A stretch of 62,709 nt of DNA from Chara braunii. Its lineage: Eukaryota > Plantae > Charophyceae. The position numbers and the translations under genes were made by a program. The notes beneath the pieces are model-generated. The model was not told the DNA's origin and made no database searches. It was given only the letters and a program-made list of their open reading frames with translations. The DNA lies in NCBI GenBank assembly GCA_003427395.1, contig BFEA01000009.1:2741792-2804500 (forward strand), in the 5' to 3' direction. This document shows positions 50,948 to 62,510 of this stretch, one piece after another (position 1 is the first letter of the stretch; each line of letters starts with the position of its first letter).

Positions 50948-53248
50948 AATGAATTTGATCTTACCTTCATCTGCCGCTCACCATGCGCGAAAGGTAGAGG
51001 ACGAGTTGAGCTGCATCCGGGGAGGACATGCTATTAGAGAGATGAAGAGACAGAGATTGGACTAGCTCCACAAAGTCTGTCAGGTGTTTTCATGCCGGTA
51101 ATGGATGTTCCAGTAAATTAAATGTATCCCATTCCCAGCGTCGGATACATTTGAAATATCGTGAAGTGGAGCAAGGCCTGTATGTGTGTGCGTGTGTGTG
51201 TGTGTTCGTTAAAGAGGGGAGAAAGGGACATACAAACAGGTAGATCGTAACAAACAGATAAAGACACAGATTCAGAAACACACGGTCACAGTGACACAGA
51301 TACTGTGACATACATACACAAGTGAAACAGTGAAATACACACATATATAACAAAATACACTCATACACAGCGACAAACACGGACACTGTGACACTCGCAC
51401 AAGCACAGTGAAAACAGAGAAACACGCATAGTCCAAAAAAAAAAAAAAAAAAAAAAAGAGTGCACAATGACACACAGTGCACAAGAGTACACAAACAATG
51501 ATGCGCACAAGTAACACACACTAACAAGGAAAGTCACACATATGCACTATGTCACAAACACAAACACAGTCAGTCACACATTCAATCAGACACACAACTG
51601 GATACTCAAGCAAAACGGACGGACAAGCATGAGGATGTAAGGGTACGTACCTGGTATTAGCAGAGACAAACATAGGTCGACACCTTTATATACTTGAGGC
51701 GGTTGTCGACACCAACAAAGGCTCCGTCACTTCATAGGATAGTAATAGTTGCATAGATTATGGTACCCTACACATACAGCGTGAGGCTGGCATAGTAAGA
51801 ATGGGCCAAGAACACTATGAGCGCAGTATTGACGCCAGGTCCGCACGCAGGCACGGGCTGGCGTGAGCCGCCACGGGATAGCGGGGCACTAGCGGGCGTG
51901 GTCAGCGAGCCGCCAGTGGTTGTGGTGAGGCATGCAGAACAGCGAGCGTGCATGCTAGGATAGGTGTGTACATGCGTATATGGGACATCCAGGGTGGATC
52001 CTAGTTGGAAAAAAAAGTATTGAGTACTGGTGCAATTAAGTTGCTGGTGACACGGTGATCGAGGGGGAAGAGAGAGATCCTATTGAGTAATGTGGGCCCG
52101 AACCATGTTCAGAGAGAGGCTAAATCAGACTGTGTTGCTGATCAGATCCATGAGCCCCGAGTGGTATGCATATTTTTTGCCCAAATTAAATGTCATTATT
52201 CTATCATTTTCCATTACTAAATAGTGTTATTATTGCTGCTATTATTATTATCATTAATACGCTATTTTATGATTTTATTTATGACATTATTACTACTACT
52301 ATTACTATTATTCCTGACAGCTATATGGAAAGGTCATAAATGTAAAGGGGTACAGGGTATTGGAAAAGGAGAGAGTCACTGTAATCAGCGATAGGATCTA
52401 CCTCCTCAGTCCTTCTCTCTTCACCCCGCAACAAAACCTCTCACACACCAAATACTTCTATACAAAATGGTTAAAAAAATGTTAGTACAAAGTGGCTCTG
52501 AAGGAAAGGTCTTAATTTGAGGGACTTAAGATCCTCTTTCATCCAGCTTAGATATATCCAAAAGACAAGGCGATTGCAGGAGCTCTGCTGGAGTTCAGGC
52601 GGAACTCTGGAGGCAGGGAACAACGAGGTACACTCACTTCTCGGCCTAAACCATAAACCTTTAATCTATAACCTCCGGGTAATGGTCTTTGCATGTAATA
52701 ATAGAGAGAGCGTTTTGAGTCAGCAATTCTTCAGAACTGAACTCAAGACAAGGAAAAGAAAGAAATGCCTGTATAAAGAAAGAAGAACCATGGAGAGACT
52801 GTTTGTATGGAAGAGATTTTATTAGAGTCTGACCGACTGTCGCTGGAAGACATAAGGAGAACGAGAAGTTCTGAGTATTTGTCTTGCTATGTGAATGTTT
52901 CTTTAGGGATGTGGCCACAAGGGAATCCACTTCGTGGAGTCTTCCCTTACTTAATAGACCACCTGGCAAATAATAAAAGGGGTTCACAGTTGACTGAAGA
53001 TTGTGTATGATGTGTTCGGATATTGTGATGATGAATTGCATCAACTTATTCTTGTTCCACAATGACTTAACCCTACATTCTCTCAAAAATATAAAACTAA
53101 CACAATCTGAGGATCAGGCCGAAGGTCTTTAAGCCATGAGGTACAAGTCCCGTATGGACTACCCGCATAATCTTAAAGTCTTCCGAATGACCCAAGGCTA
53201 AAAAAGCGTCAAAAGAGACGACCAATGTCGTCAGAAAACTTGTATAAA

Positions 53249-53782
53249 CGATAGGAGGAGCGAGACTCCGAGAAGCCTGCCCTATCGCAATAATGGCACG
53301 GAGGGTGATAAGAGAAGCGAGGCTCCGAGAAACCTGCCTTACCACCAACCAGCCGTGCGTTAGTACGAGTAAGCGATAGGAGGAGCGAGACTCCGAGAAA
53401 CCTGCCGTATCGCAAGGATAGCATGGGGGTGATAAGAGAAGCGAGACTCCGAGAAGTCTGCCTTAACACCAACGAGCCATGCATTCAAACAAGTGATAGG
53501 AGCAAGGCCTCTTAAGGCATGCCCCATCGCTTGTGTAGCACGGGTAAGGGAAGTGGTGATAAGAGAAAGGAAGGCTCCGAGAAGCATGCCTTATTACCTG
53601 CCAACCGGGCTTCGATATCTAACGACGATAGGAGGAGCGAGGCCGCAAGGTCTTCCCTATCGCAATCACTAGCACAAGTAAGGGAAGTGGTGATATGAGA
53701 AGCCTGCCTTATTGCCCGCCAGCTGTGCTTCAATATCAAGTAGTGATAGGAGAAGCAAGGCCCACGAGGTCTACCCTATCAC
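53249..53782 (+). repeat. Stem-loop array (9 units) in the 3' LTR
   Basis: Uninterrupted counterpart of 27127-28248. Confidence 0.85.
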
Positions 53783-54758
53783 AAACAGACACCCATTAAA
53801 GGATGGGTAGATCTCGAGCAGTCTACCATACCATTATTAACCTCCTCAATAAAACTGGATCAATCAGATTACTGACCGATAACTTCAGATTCTATTGAGG
53901 TGAGGATAGTGAGTTCTTGACCTAATAGACTCAACCCTTCATCTCGGAACTCTGATTCGATTTCTATCATATGACTCCTTTTAAAGATGGTTTGACGATG
54001 TTGCTTGTGCTTGCCAAATAAGAAATCAAGAAGGAAACTTTGGTAAGCAGTCATGAAAAGAAACTTATGTAGGATCATTGAGTCGGATAAACTGGGAATG
54101 AATTATTGTTCATCGTCTGAACTGCAAGGCAACAGCCTGACAATTAGATAAGGATGAAAGTTAGACAGTGGGTCACCGATAAGCGTTGATCTCTAGGTCA
54201 CAAATCGAGAAGGAGTGTTCTTAATCCTAGTATAGGAAAAGGGGATGTTAAGTTTTTTTTTACTGTGTTGTGCCTACAGGTTTCCATCACTCTTGGGGAA
54301 ACTACGGAAGAACCCGTAAGGGACTACAATTCTGTCATCGTAGGATAACAGGTCGGTAGGATTCCGACTCAACTTCCATATGGCTTGATACCCACATCTA
54401 AGACAAAACCGGAAAAGGGACGGACAAATCTTCCCCTGTATCTAAGCCTAAATTGTCCTAGTCACTCTCGAAGGTCTTTCAAAATGTGAAGGGTTGGGTA
54501 AGAGAGTCAAAAGTAGGAAGGAGTGTTGTTCCAATGTTTTGGGGAGTGAGGGACTTGTTATGAATGGGTTAAAGGTTGACGCTAGTAGTTCGTTCCCTGT
54601 CTGTATTTGTACGCGTGTATGTGACTTCTTTGCTTTTGCACAGGTTTTGGGTCGTGATTGTCTCCTGAACTTGAGTGGTGATCTGAGACATTTGGACAGG
54701 GTGCACCGCAATTGTAAGAGTGAGGTCTACCACTCATTCGCTCTAAGATACATATATA

Positions 54759-54808
<50 letters not shown>

Positions 54809-55381
54809 CAAGACTATATTTTGGGCCAAGCTTATGCAGGTTATTATCTAGGATTCTGTTGAGATTTTTGGGAAATGGTAAAATTACAGAAGCAGCTAGA
54901 CATTGACATTGCTTATATAGTCAACAAGGAACGTAGACTCGTTGTCATAAGTAGCTAAGCGTGGAGGACTGTCCGAAAAGGGTTGACCTGATTAGGTAGT
55001 CGGTCCGAGGAAGTTAGCTCCTCGGTACACAAATACGGGTTAGTCTTAAGGCATTCTACCGCACGTATGCCTATGCTACTGCGATCGGAAAAACGCCCTC
55101 GGCTGACCTACCTCTACAATTGCATGTAAAAGCCTTCGCACGTGGGTCAGTAGCTCAGCAGGGATACGCCCATCTAAAGGATGGTGACAGCTCCCACAGG
55201 TGGAGGTAAGTTGTACCTCGAGGGATCTCTGACGTGTCGTAGGGATCCACGAGAGGTATAGCACGCACGCACGGTCGGAGTGGTGTTTAGCTAAGGTGAC
55301 TTAAGACTCCTGCGTGATACGACCGTGAGGCCCGACACAAGAATTGCTTTACGTCTGGGTGTGGGACCGCCACGCGCGACA

Positions 55382-55787
55382 ACGAGATCGACGTCGGGAT
55401 CGGTCTTGGGATCGGCGTCCGTATCGGGGTCAAGAGAGAGGGAATCAGGATCAGAAATCGAGGTCAGGAGTGAGGGGATCGGGATCGGGAGATAAGGGGA
55501 TCGCAATCGGGGTCGGGAGAGGGGGGGGATCGGGATTGGCGGTTTTCATTGATTTATTGACTGATTCACTGGTTGATTGATTAATTGATTGATTGATTGG
55601 TTGATTAATCGATTGATTAATCGATTGATTCCGGATCAGCGCACACCTGGTTCCGAGTCCGCGGAAGACAAGTTCCGGATCGGCAGAAGGTAGGTTTGTG
55701 ACCGGCGGAGGGTAGGTCCGGGGTATCAATCACCCACTCACTCACTCAATCAATCAATCAATCAATCAATTAATCAATCAATCAATT

Positions 55788-55848
<61 letters not shown>

Positions 55849-55886
55849 GTCAACCAATCAATCAATTGATTTATTGATTGATTGAT

Positions 55887-55919
<33 letters not shown>

Positions 55920-55945
55920 CCCCGTCAGCGGAGACCAGGTTCTGC
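55382..55945. repeat. Modular (TGAT)n/(ATCA)n repeat, inverted relative to 17870-18695
   Basis: gattccccgtcagcggagaccaggttctg reverse-complements to a sequence close to cagaagctggcctccgctgatcgggaatc (~18187-18214). Confidence 0.8.
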
Positions 55946-56164
55946 TATACAACCGCGTGACATAGTACAGGTGGCATTGAAGTCACCTGCACTGCCTGTC
56001 TGTGCTTGCTAGCGTGAGTCTTGTTTTGTGTCCGTCGCTGTGCTGCCTCGTCCTTCGGTCGATTCTATTGTGCACACCCGCTCTCGCGTTTGGAGTTGTG
56101 TCGCCCGTTTGTATTCCTCCACGTGGCCGCAGGTTTGTGTAAGTGAGAGTGTGGTCGTGTGCGT

Positions 56165-58480
56165 TGTCGGCGCGAATACCCTTACAAGGGTATCCGCCCT
56201 GGTTTTTGCAAGTGGCAAAAAATAATTTTGGTTTAAAAATTAAATATACCACGTGAGTCGCGACAGGGTTCGTTGTCTATGCGGCTGATGGTTGACTAGA
56301 ATAAAGAGTGTATGGGCGCGCGGATTTGAGGCGCGAGTGATCCATTTAACTATTGATGATTGAAGAGTCGGCGTGATCGCCGGCCAAAAATTTTCTTCTG
56401 ATTAAACAGGGATTAAAAAGATTACGTTTCGTTGATTAATGTGTTTACCTATGACTTGTGCGTGCGTGCGGAGGACGGCATCAACAACAAAGTGACTTTT
56501 GAGGCGCCTCCGGTAGGCCCGTGCGTCGCGCGGTGTCCGTTTATTTAGCCTTCCGTAAGAGCTAGACCCAGCCTTGGGCCTAGCGCTATTGGTTACAGTA
56601 TCGGACTTCCATCAAGGAGATTCAGGGATTGAGGTCGAGCGACGACGATGTGGGAATATCAGAGCAGCGCGAAGGGACCAAAGGGTTGAGGTCCCGACGG
56701 GGCTATCCCCTTTGGTTTTGCCGTCGGTGGCGTTGGAACGGGGCTAGTGGGTTGTTTTTTTTCCTCGATCCGTCATATTCTGACGATTTAAAATATTGTA
56801 AATGTTTTATTTTTTTATTATCATATTATTTTATATTCCGGCGTCCCTTTGACTTGGGCGCGATGACGGATTTAGTGGTCGTCACGACAATTGAGGATCT
56901 TGAGTACGCGCCTCTTTTGGCGGGTCCGATCAGATTCTGCGTGACCGGGATGTTGGCAAAATTGTCGTTTCTCTTTCTATTTCGACTGCGTTGAAACGCG
57001 GACTGAGGAGTTCAACATGTATGCAAAGCCGGTGGGCGATAAGCCCACGTAGCGGGTGAAATGTGAGCCGCGGGGATAGCCGCAAGAGCGTTGTCCGCCA
57101 ACCATGGTCTTTCGTGAGAAGTTTGGGTGTGAGTGTGTGCGCCAGGGCCTACAAGGCGCCGAATTATGCCTGGGGGCAACGAGAGGGGAACCTGGGTGGG
57201 GGCCGCAGTGTGGCCTACTTACATGGGACCCTCCTTTGCGGTGGTCTTCGAGATTCCCATATGAACGTCTGCTATTATCACTGAGACCTGCATCGGGCCA
57301 GGGCCACTTAGGCCTCGCCTCGGCCCCATAGCAAGCCGTGCCCTCAGCTGCGTGTCAAGGATGTCCCCTCGGGTGGACGCAGTCGAGCCGGAATTAGTAA
57401 GAGGTTGTGGCAGGGTCGACAGTAGTATATGCTGGACACACAGGCAACCGACCAGGGCATAGGGGCGGAAGACTAACCGGGCCGTCGGGGAGTCGACCGC
57501 TTATTGAAGTATCGTCCGTGACGACCTTACCAGACTGCGTTGAGCACTGGGGGACTATTGCGGGCGGAGAGCTGCGTTAGTCGCTGAGGCAGAGTAGGGC
57601 GGACTGAGGGCAGGACGACGAGCGCTAGCACAGTGGGGTGACGAATACAGTGACGAACACAAGCAGTGGTGGAGGGTGAAGGCAGCAGGTCAGTGAGAAT
57701 AGGACGAACCTGACCCGGAATCGCGCCGGGTGCAGTGGAAGAAAACAGTGAGGAAGGGACGGGCGGCAGGCCGGTGAGGCGCAAACGGGGACGAAGGAGA
57801 AGGCAGTAGGGGGTGAGGATTTTAGAATGAGAGGGGGAAGGCGAAACAGCGCAGCTACGGGCGCTAAAGGCAGGAATGAGGGGCAGCGGGGGAACAGGTA
57901 AACAAGGAGAATGAATCTGGACGCAAAGTCACGCCGGATGCATGCGGGATACGAGGAGTGGCTATGGCGGAGAGAGGGAAGCATAACTCGCTTGTTCCTT
58001 AGTGGAATCAGGCCAGGTAAAGGCCGATTTTGGGGTTACGATGTCACACGAATCGCATAGGAGAGTCAGTTTAGCCATTAGATTAGTAGGAAGGGAGCTA
58101 GAGAGAAAGGAGGTGAGCTGAGAAGTCGAAGGAGGTGTAGGCAGGGTGAAGGAGGCGTAGCTCGCTCGTTTCTCGACAAAAACGAGCGAGGAAAGTTGTG
58201 AAGTAAAGGTTTTATGGCCGGGTGAATCAGATGGCAGTGTTAGTTTGAACAGAAAGTTAGTAGGTTAGGAGGTTAGTAGAAAAAGAGCCGCGCAGGAGTG
58301 TCAGGGAGATGAGCTATGGCAGGTATGGCAGAAAGGAAACGCTATCTCCTCCGTCCCTCCACGGAATGGGGCGAGGGAGGATGCTAGACTGACGTTTCTA
58401 ATGGTTAGGAGTTGATTTATGAGGTTAGTTTAGCTATAGGATTAGTAGATAAGGGGTCAGTAGGGAATTGAGCTGCACGT
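56165..58480 (+). mobile_element. Partial LTR-like sequence of a related family
   Basis: Starts TGTCGGCGCGAATACCCTTACAA. The first ~700 bp are a diverged direct repeat of 58481-59230 (shared cttgggcctagc, ggttgagg.cccgacggggctatccc). Confidence 0.55.
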
Positions 58481-60894
58481 TGTCGGCGCGAATACCCTTA
58501 CAAAGGTATTCGCCTTGTTTTTTGCAAGTGACCGGGAGGCTTGGTTAACTTGGAATTTTGAGTGCCCGCGCGGAAAAAATGGGGATCGTCCGCACGCAGG
58601 CTAAGGATTGCCTGAGTAGGAAGGGTGAGTGGGCGTACAGTTTTAAGGCGCACATGTGATTTCTTGTTTAAAATGAATTGTGAAGCCGGTATAACTATCT
58701 GGCTTGATTTTTGTTTACCACGTTTCGGTTGGCGGAAGGCTCGACATGTGGAAAGGTGTGAACGGTGGCCGCGACGCGACATGTACAAAATGGTGTGGGT
58801 ACTCGGCGGCCGCGCGCACGGTTGAAAAGGAGGGAGAGGCTTGGGTTGTTCTTCCCAGGCCTGGGCGATGCGCGGTACCACGTCATATTGAAACCTGTGC
58901 TCGACTGTCTCTGGCTTGGGCCTAGCCCTACAGGTTACAACATTGGACTATTACCATCGAGGTATGGGGGTCGAGGCCAGCGGACGACATCATGGGAGCA
59001 ATGGAGCGGCGTGGAGGAAACCGAGAGGTTGAGGGCCCGACGGGGCTATCCCTCTTCTGGTCTTATTGGCGGGCGAGGTGATGTCCGACCTGCAGGGCTG
59101 GCGAGGTGCCGGCAACTCCCTCTTTCCCCCGCTAATGTTTGTGTATTTTTCTTGATATATCTTTTTTTTTTTTTTTTTTTTTTACGTCCCTTTTTTCCTT
59201 TCCGCGTCCCGTGCTGGGGCGCGATACGTGGTTGTAGCCAGGACCCATAGGCGTAGCGTAGTTGGTACACCCATGAACTGTCGGAATACAGATCGCGCTC
59301 GATGCCGGATGGGTGGGACCCGGTACTCTGAGTTGCCTGGTCCTGCTCAGGCTTCGGTCAGGCAGAGGGTGCCACCTCGAGGCAGTTGCGAGGCCGGTCC
59401 TTCGGTAAATTTGTTAGGGGTTGGGGCGGCGCGGAGGAGACCCGCCTGGCCACTGTGCGGGATGACATGAGAAGGTCCGGAGATGAACCCGGACAACGAC
59501 GGGGCCAGGTGCTTGCGGAGGGAAAGACGAGAGACAGTAGGAGCTGCGCTCTTACTACGAGGGAGCCAAAGAACTTGTATTTAGACGTGCTCTGGCAAGA
59601 GATTCGTCCCGGGCATAGACAAAGAGCCACTATCAGCGTGTCGAAGAAATCAGCCCTTTCTTGCTCCGCTGTGCTGATGGCGGCGAGCGACAACAGGTCT
59701 CTTCGTACCGCAGCAGAAGACTTAGTCTGAGTTTGCCCCTTCTGGTGGTCGGCTGGAACAGCGAAGGGGTTGGAAACAAGCTACGGGGACTGAAGACCTG
59801 CCTGTTTGGTCGAGGCTGGCTGCGGTGCACAGTTGCTGCTGATTCTGTCGACCCAGGGCAAACTGCTGCTGCTGCTGCAGACTGGGCGTGGGCTGCTGCA
59901 GTTGCTAATGGCCGACTCTGTATGATGCCGCTAGTGCCTGTTGTTGATTACTGCATGCTGCGGCGCGCAGCCGCGAGCTGCTGGCCGCCGCTGTGAGTTG
60001 TGGCTATGTTCGGAAGCTGGGCAGGAAACGGTCGTCGTTGTGTTTGACTGAGCACAATCGTTGCTGCTGCTGACAGGGCACAGTTTACAACTATCTGCTG
60101 CGAGAAGACTGCGGCTGCTGATTGATAGTGTGTGAACTACGTTTGCGTGCGGACTGCTATTGTACGCTACTGCGTATTAATGCTTGTCGGTGTCGACTGT
60201 TACGGGTTGCTATGTAACCGCGATTGGGCTAAGGAGGGGTGTTGAGACTCGTGGAGGAGATCAGGCAGGATAAGTAGGGGGTTAGTGCTGCGATTTGTGA
60301 GGTTCGCGAAGGGTGGACCTGGACAGTTGACGTCAGAAGTTGACAAGGCTGCGGTGTTGTTTGGCCATCATTGTGGGGCCCTCAGGCGTTGAAGGTGCCA
60401 AGGCCCTCTCATGCGAGTCTGAGCGCACCATTCTTTGATCTGAGAGTCTCAAACTTTCTCTTTCTGTCCTTCTTCCTCTAAGTCTGCTCCTTTGGTTCTG
60501 AGAGGAAGGTGGCAGACGGGGCTGCGACCCGTAGTCCGTGCCAAGGCCTCTGTGGGAGGTTCGCCCCACCGATTGCGGGAGCTCTGCCGGGATTCGGGCG
60601 GAGTCCTGGAGGTAGGGAACTGAGTGGTAATTCCCAGACTCCTTCTATAACCCCAGTTATAACCCCTATCTGTATACCCCTCTACGGGTTGGCTGAGTGT
60701 GTTGTGTGAATCCTGTATCTGATTTTGGTTTGGCCTTCAGGACATAAATCAGAGTAAAGTAAAGGAACGTGTGTGCAACCTTAGTTTCAGCCTTACTGAT
60801 TGCCTGAAAGAAGATTGTGGACAAAAAGGGGTTGCATTTAGGGGGAAGGTTGGGAGGAAGGCAGTATTGCGTGCAGTTTTGATTGGGTCGTTAA

Positions 60895-61830
60895 GGCTGG
60901 GAGGTCCCCATAAGTTTCGGGAAGCCCAACGCTTTGTTTATTTTCGTTTTGCGTGGAGCAATTAGGCCGCTCTATAAGTTTAGGTAGCTTGAGTGCTCTT
61001 GAGGCTAGGGAGTCCCCATAAGTTTGGGAAGACCCGGTGCTGTGAATTGCGTGGAGGGTCAGGACGCTTTATAAGTTTAGGTGACCTAACTGCTCTGACT
61101 TGTGAGGGTTTGATTGTGGATGATTTTCAGGGACCCAGGGCGCTTTATAAGTTTAGGTACCTTGGGTTGCCTTGTTTTACTTGGAGGTTCTTTCAGTTTC
61201 TTTGATTCTGAACGAGAAGGTCTGAACCGCTCTATAAGTTTAGGTGGTTCAACTCTTCTCCTGTTTGTTCTGAGGGGGTAATTTTGTCAGGGGGCAGGCC
61301 ACTCTATAAATTTAGGTGCCCTGGCCTACTACCTCACACAGACTGGATCTGAGAGGAACGAACCTGGCAGAGGATCAGACCGCTCTATAAGTTTAGGTAG
61401 TGTGACCCAACGCCTCGCACATGATTGAACCCAATGGTTATGATTTGGTTATATTGTATTATTATATTATTAAGAATAGGCTAGTCAGACCGCTCTATAA
61501 GATTAGGTAGTCTGAGTATAACTTATCACAATTGAAGAGAGTATAATTAAGAGATATAACTGAAGGTAAACTTGGGCAGGCTGAGCAGTGTTCTAAGTTG
61601 AGCGGCTCAGCCCTATGTCTACTTTAAAGGTTAAGTTCAGAGAGATATATACAATTTGGCTATTTAAACAGTTCAGGGCGACTAGAGTGGTCTAGTCATA
61701 TGCCCAAAGAAGAGAGAAGTAGTTGTGTCCTGTGTTTTATATGTATTTGGCTAAGTCAGATGCGCTCTATAAGTTTAGGTGATCTGACTTTAGGCCTGGC
61801 TAAGTTGGGCGCTCTGTAAGTTCAGGTGGC
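60895..61830 (+). repeat. Array of 12 stem-loops with a TAAGTT apical loop and unique spacers
   Basis: Core cgctctataagtttaggt or compensatory variants. Loops at 60911, 60975, 61019, 61072, 61148, 61235, 61307, 61388, 61498, 61594, 61770, 61817. Confidence 0.9.
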
Positions 61831-62094
61831 CTGACCTATGCCTTCTGTAAGTTGGGTATAAAGGGGGTAACTCACAGAGAGAGCATGAACTATTGTTTGC
61901 TAAAGACTTGGGGGTTGGTGAGAGTACTTACCTTTGTGGTTTGGCCTGCCTGTGGCTGAGTGAGGCTACTACTTGGGCTGGGTTTCAGGTTGATAGGTAG
62001 TTGCTTTAGAGGTTCGCCACGTGCTAGAGCGACAGGAGTTAGTTCAATTCTTGCATTTTCTGAGCTGACTTTATTTTACTTAGATTGATTCCTG

Positions 62095-62510
62095 CATTTT
62101 CTGGGATCCTTTGTTATACTTGGCTTGTATAAATTTTGGTAAGCTACTTTCTCTACGGGAAGCGCTGCCAAAATTTCTGCAGATCCAGGGAGTTAGCCAA
62201 ATTTTGACTTTTCCAAGTCCAACGTGTCTAAAGTTCATATATGGCTTAGTAAAAATCTGGAAAGTCTCATTTTCTAAAGGGAGTGCTGTCCAAATTTTTG
62301 CTAATTCAGGGAGTTAAACAAAATTTGGACTTTGAAAAGTTAAAGGTTACTTCTGTTTTGTTATTTAGGTTGATATAAATTATGGAAAGACATTTTTCCT
62401 ACGGGAAGCGCTGCCGAAATTTTCTCAATTTAGAGGAGATAGATTATATTTTGACAGGTGATGATTTTGACAATCCAATCTGTATAGGGGAGACTCTGCC
62501 AAGATTTACC
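62095..62510 (+). repeat. Degenerate ~122-bp tandem repeat (3-4 units) with internal hairpins
   Basis: ctacgggaagcgctgccaaaattt variants at ~62153, ~62274, ~62399 and partially ~62487. Confidence 0.75.

Larger units (their letters stand above)
20109..55381 (+). mobile_element. Giant decayed Ty3/Gypsy LTR retrotransposon (LTR-PBS-ORF0-gag-PR-RT-RH-IN-second gag-like ORF-PPT-LTR)
   Basis: ~9-kb direct repeats, tRNA-Asp PBS, PR-RT-RH-IN order and PPT. Numerous stops and frameshifts. The 5' tip is missing, so no TSD can be called. Confidence 0.93.
45942..55381 (+). repeat. 3' LTR, 9440 bp as assembled (~8.7 kb without the MITE)
   Basis: TGTC...GACA termini, PPT upstream, colinear with the 5' LTR. 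Homology ends exactly where the 5' copy meets the PBS. Confidence 0.88.

Noticed and set aside
60895-61830. CRISPR array (short repeat with unique spacers)
   Set aside because: Spacing is irregular (44-176 bp), the repeat varies by compensatory changes, spacer edges pair with each other, no cas genes are present, and the context is a eukaryotic retroelement.
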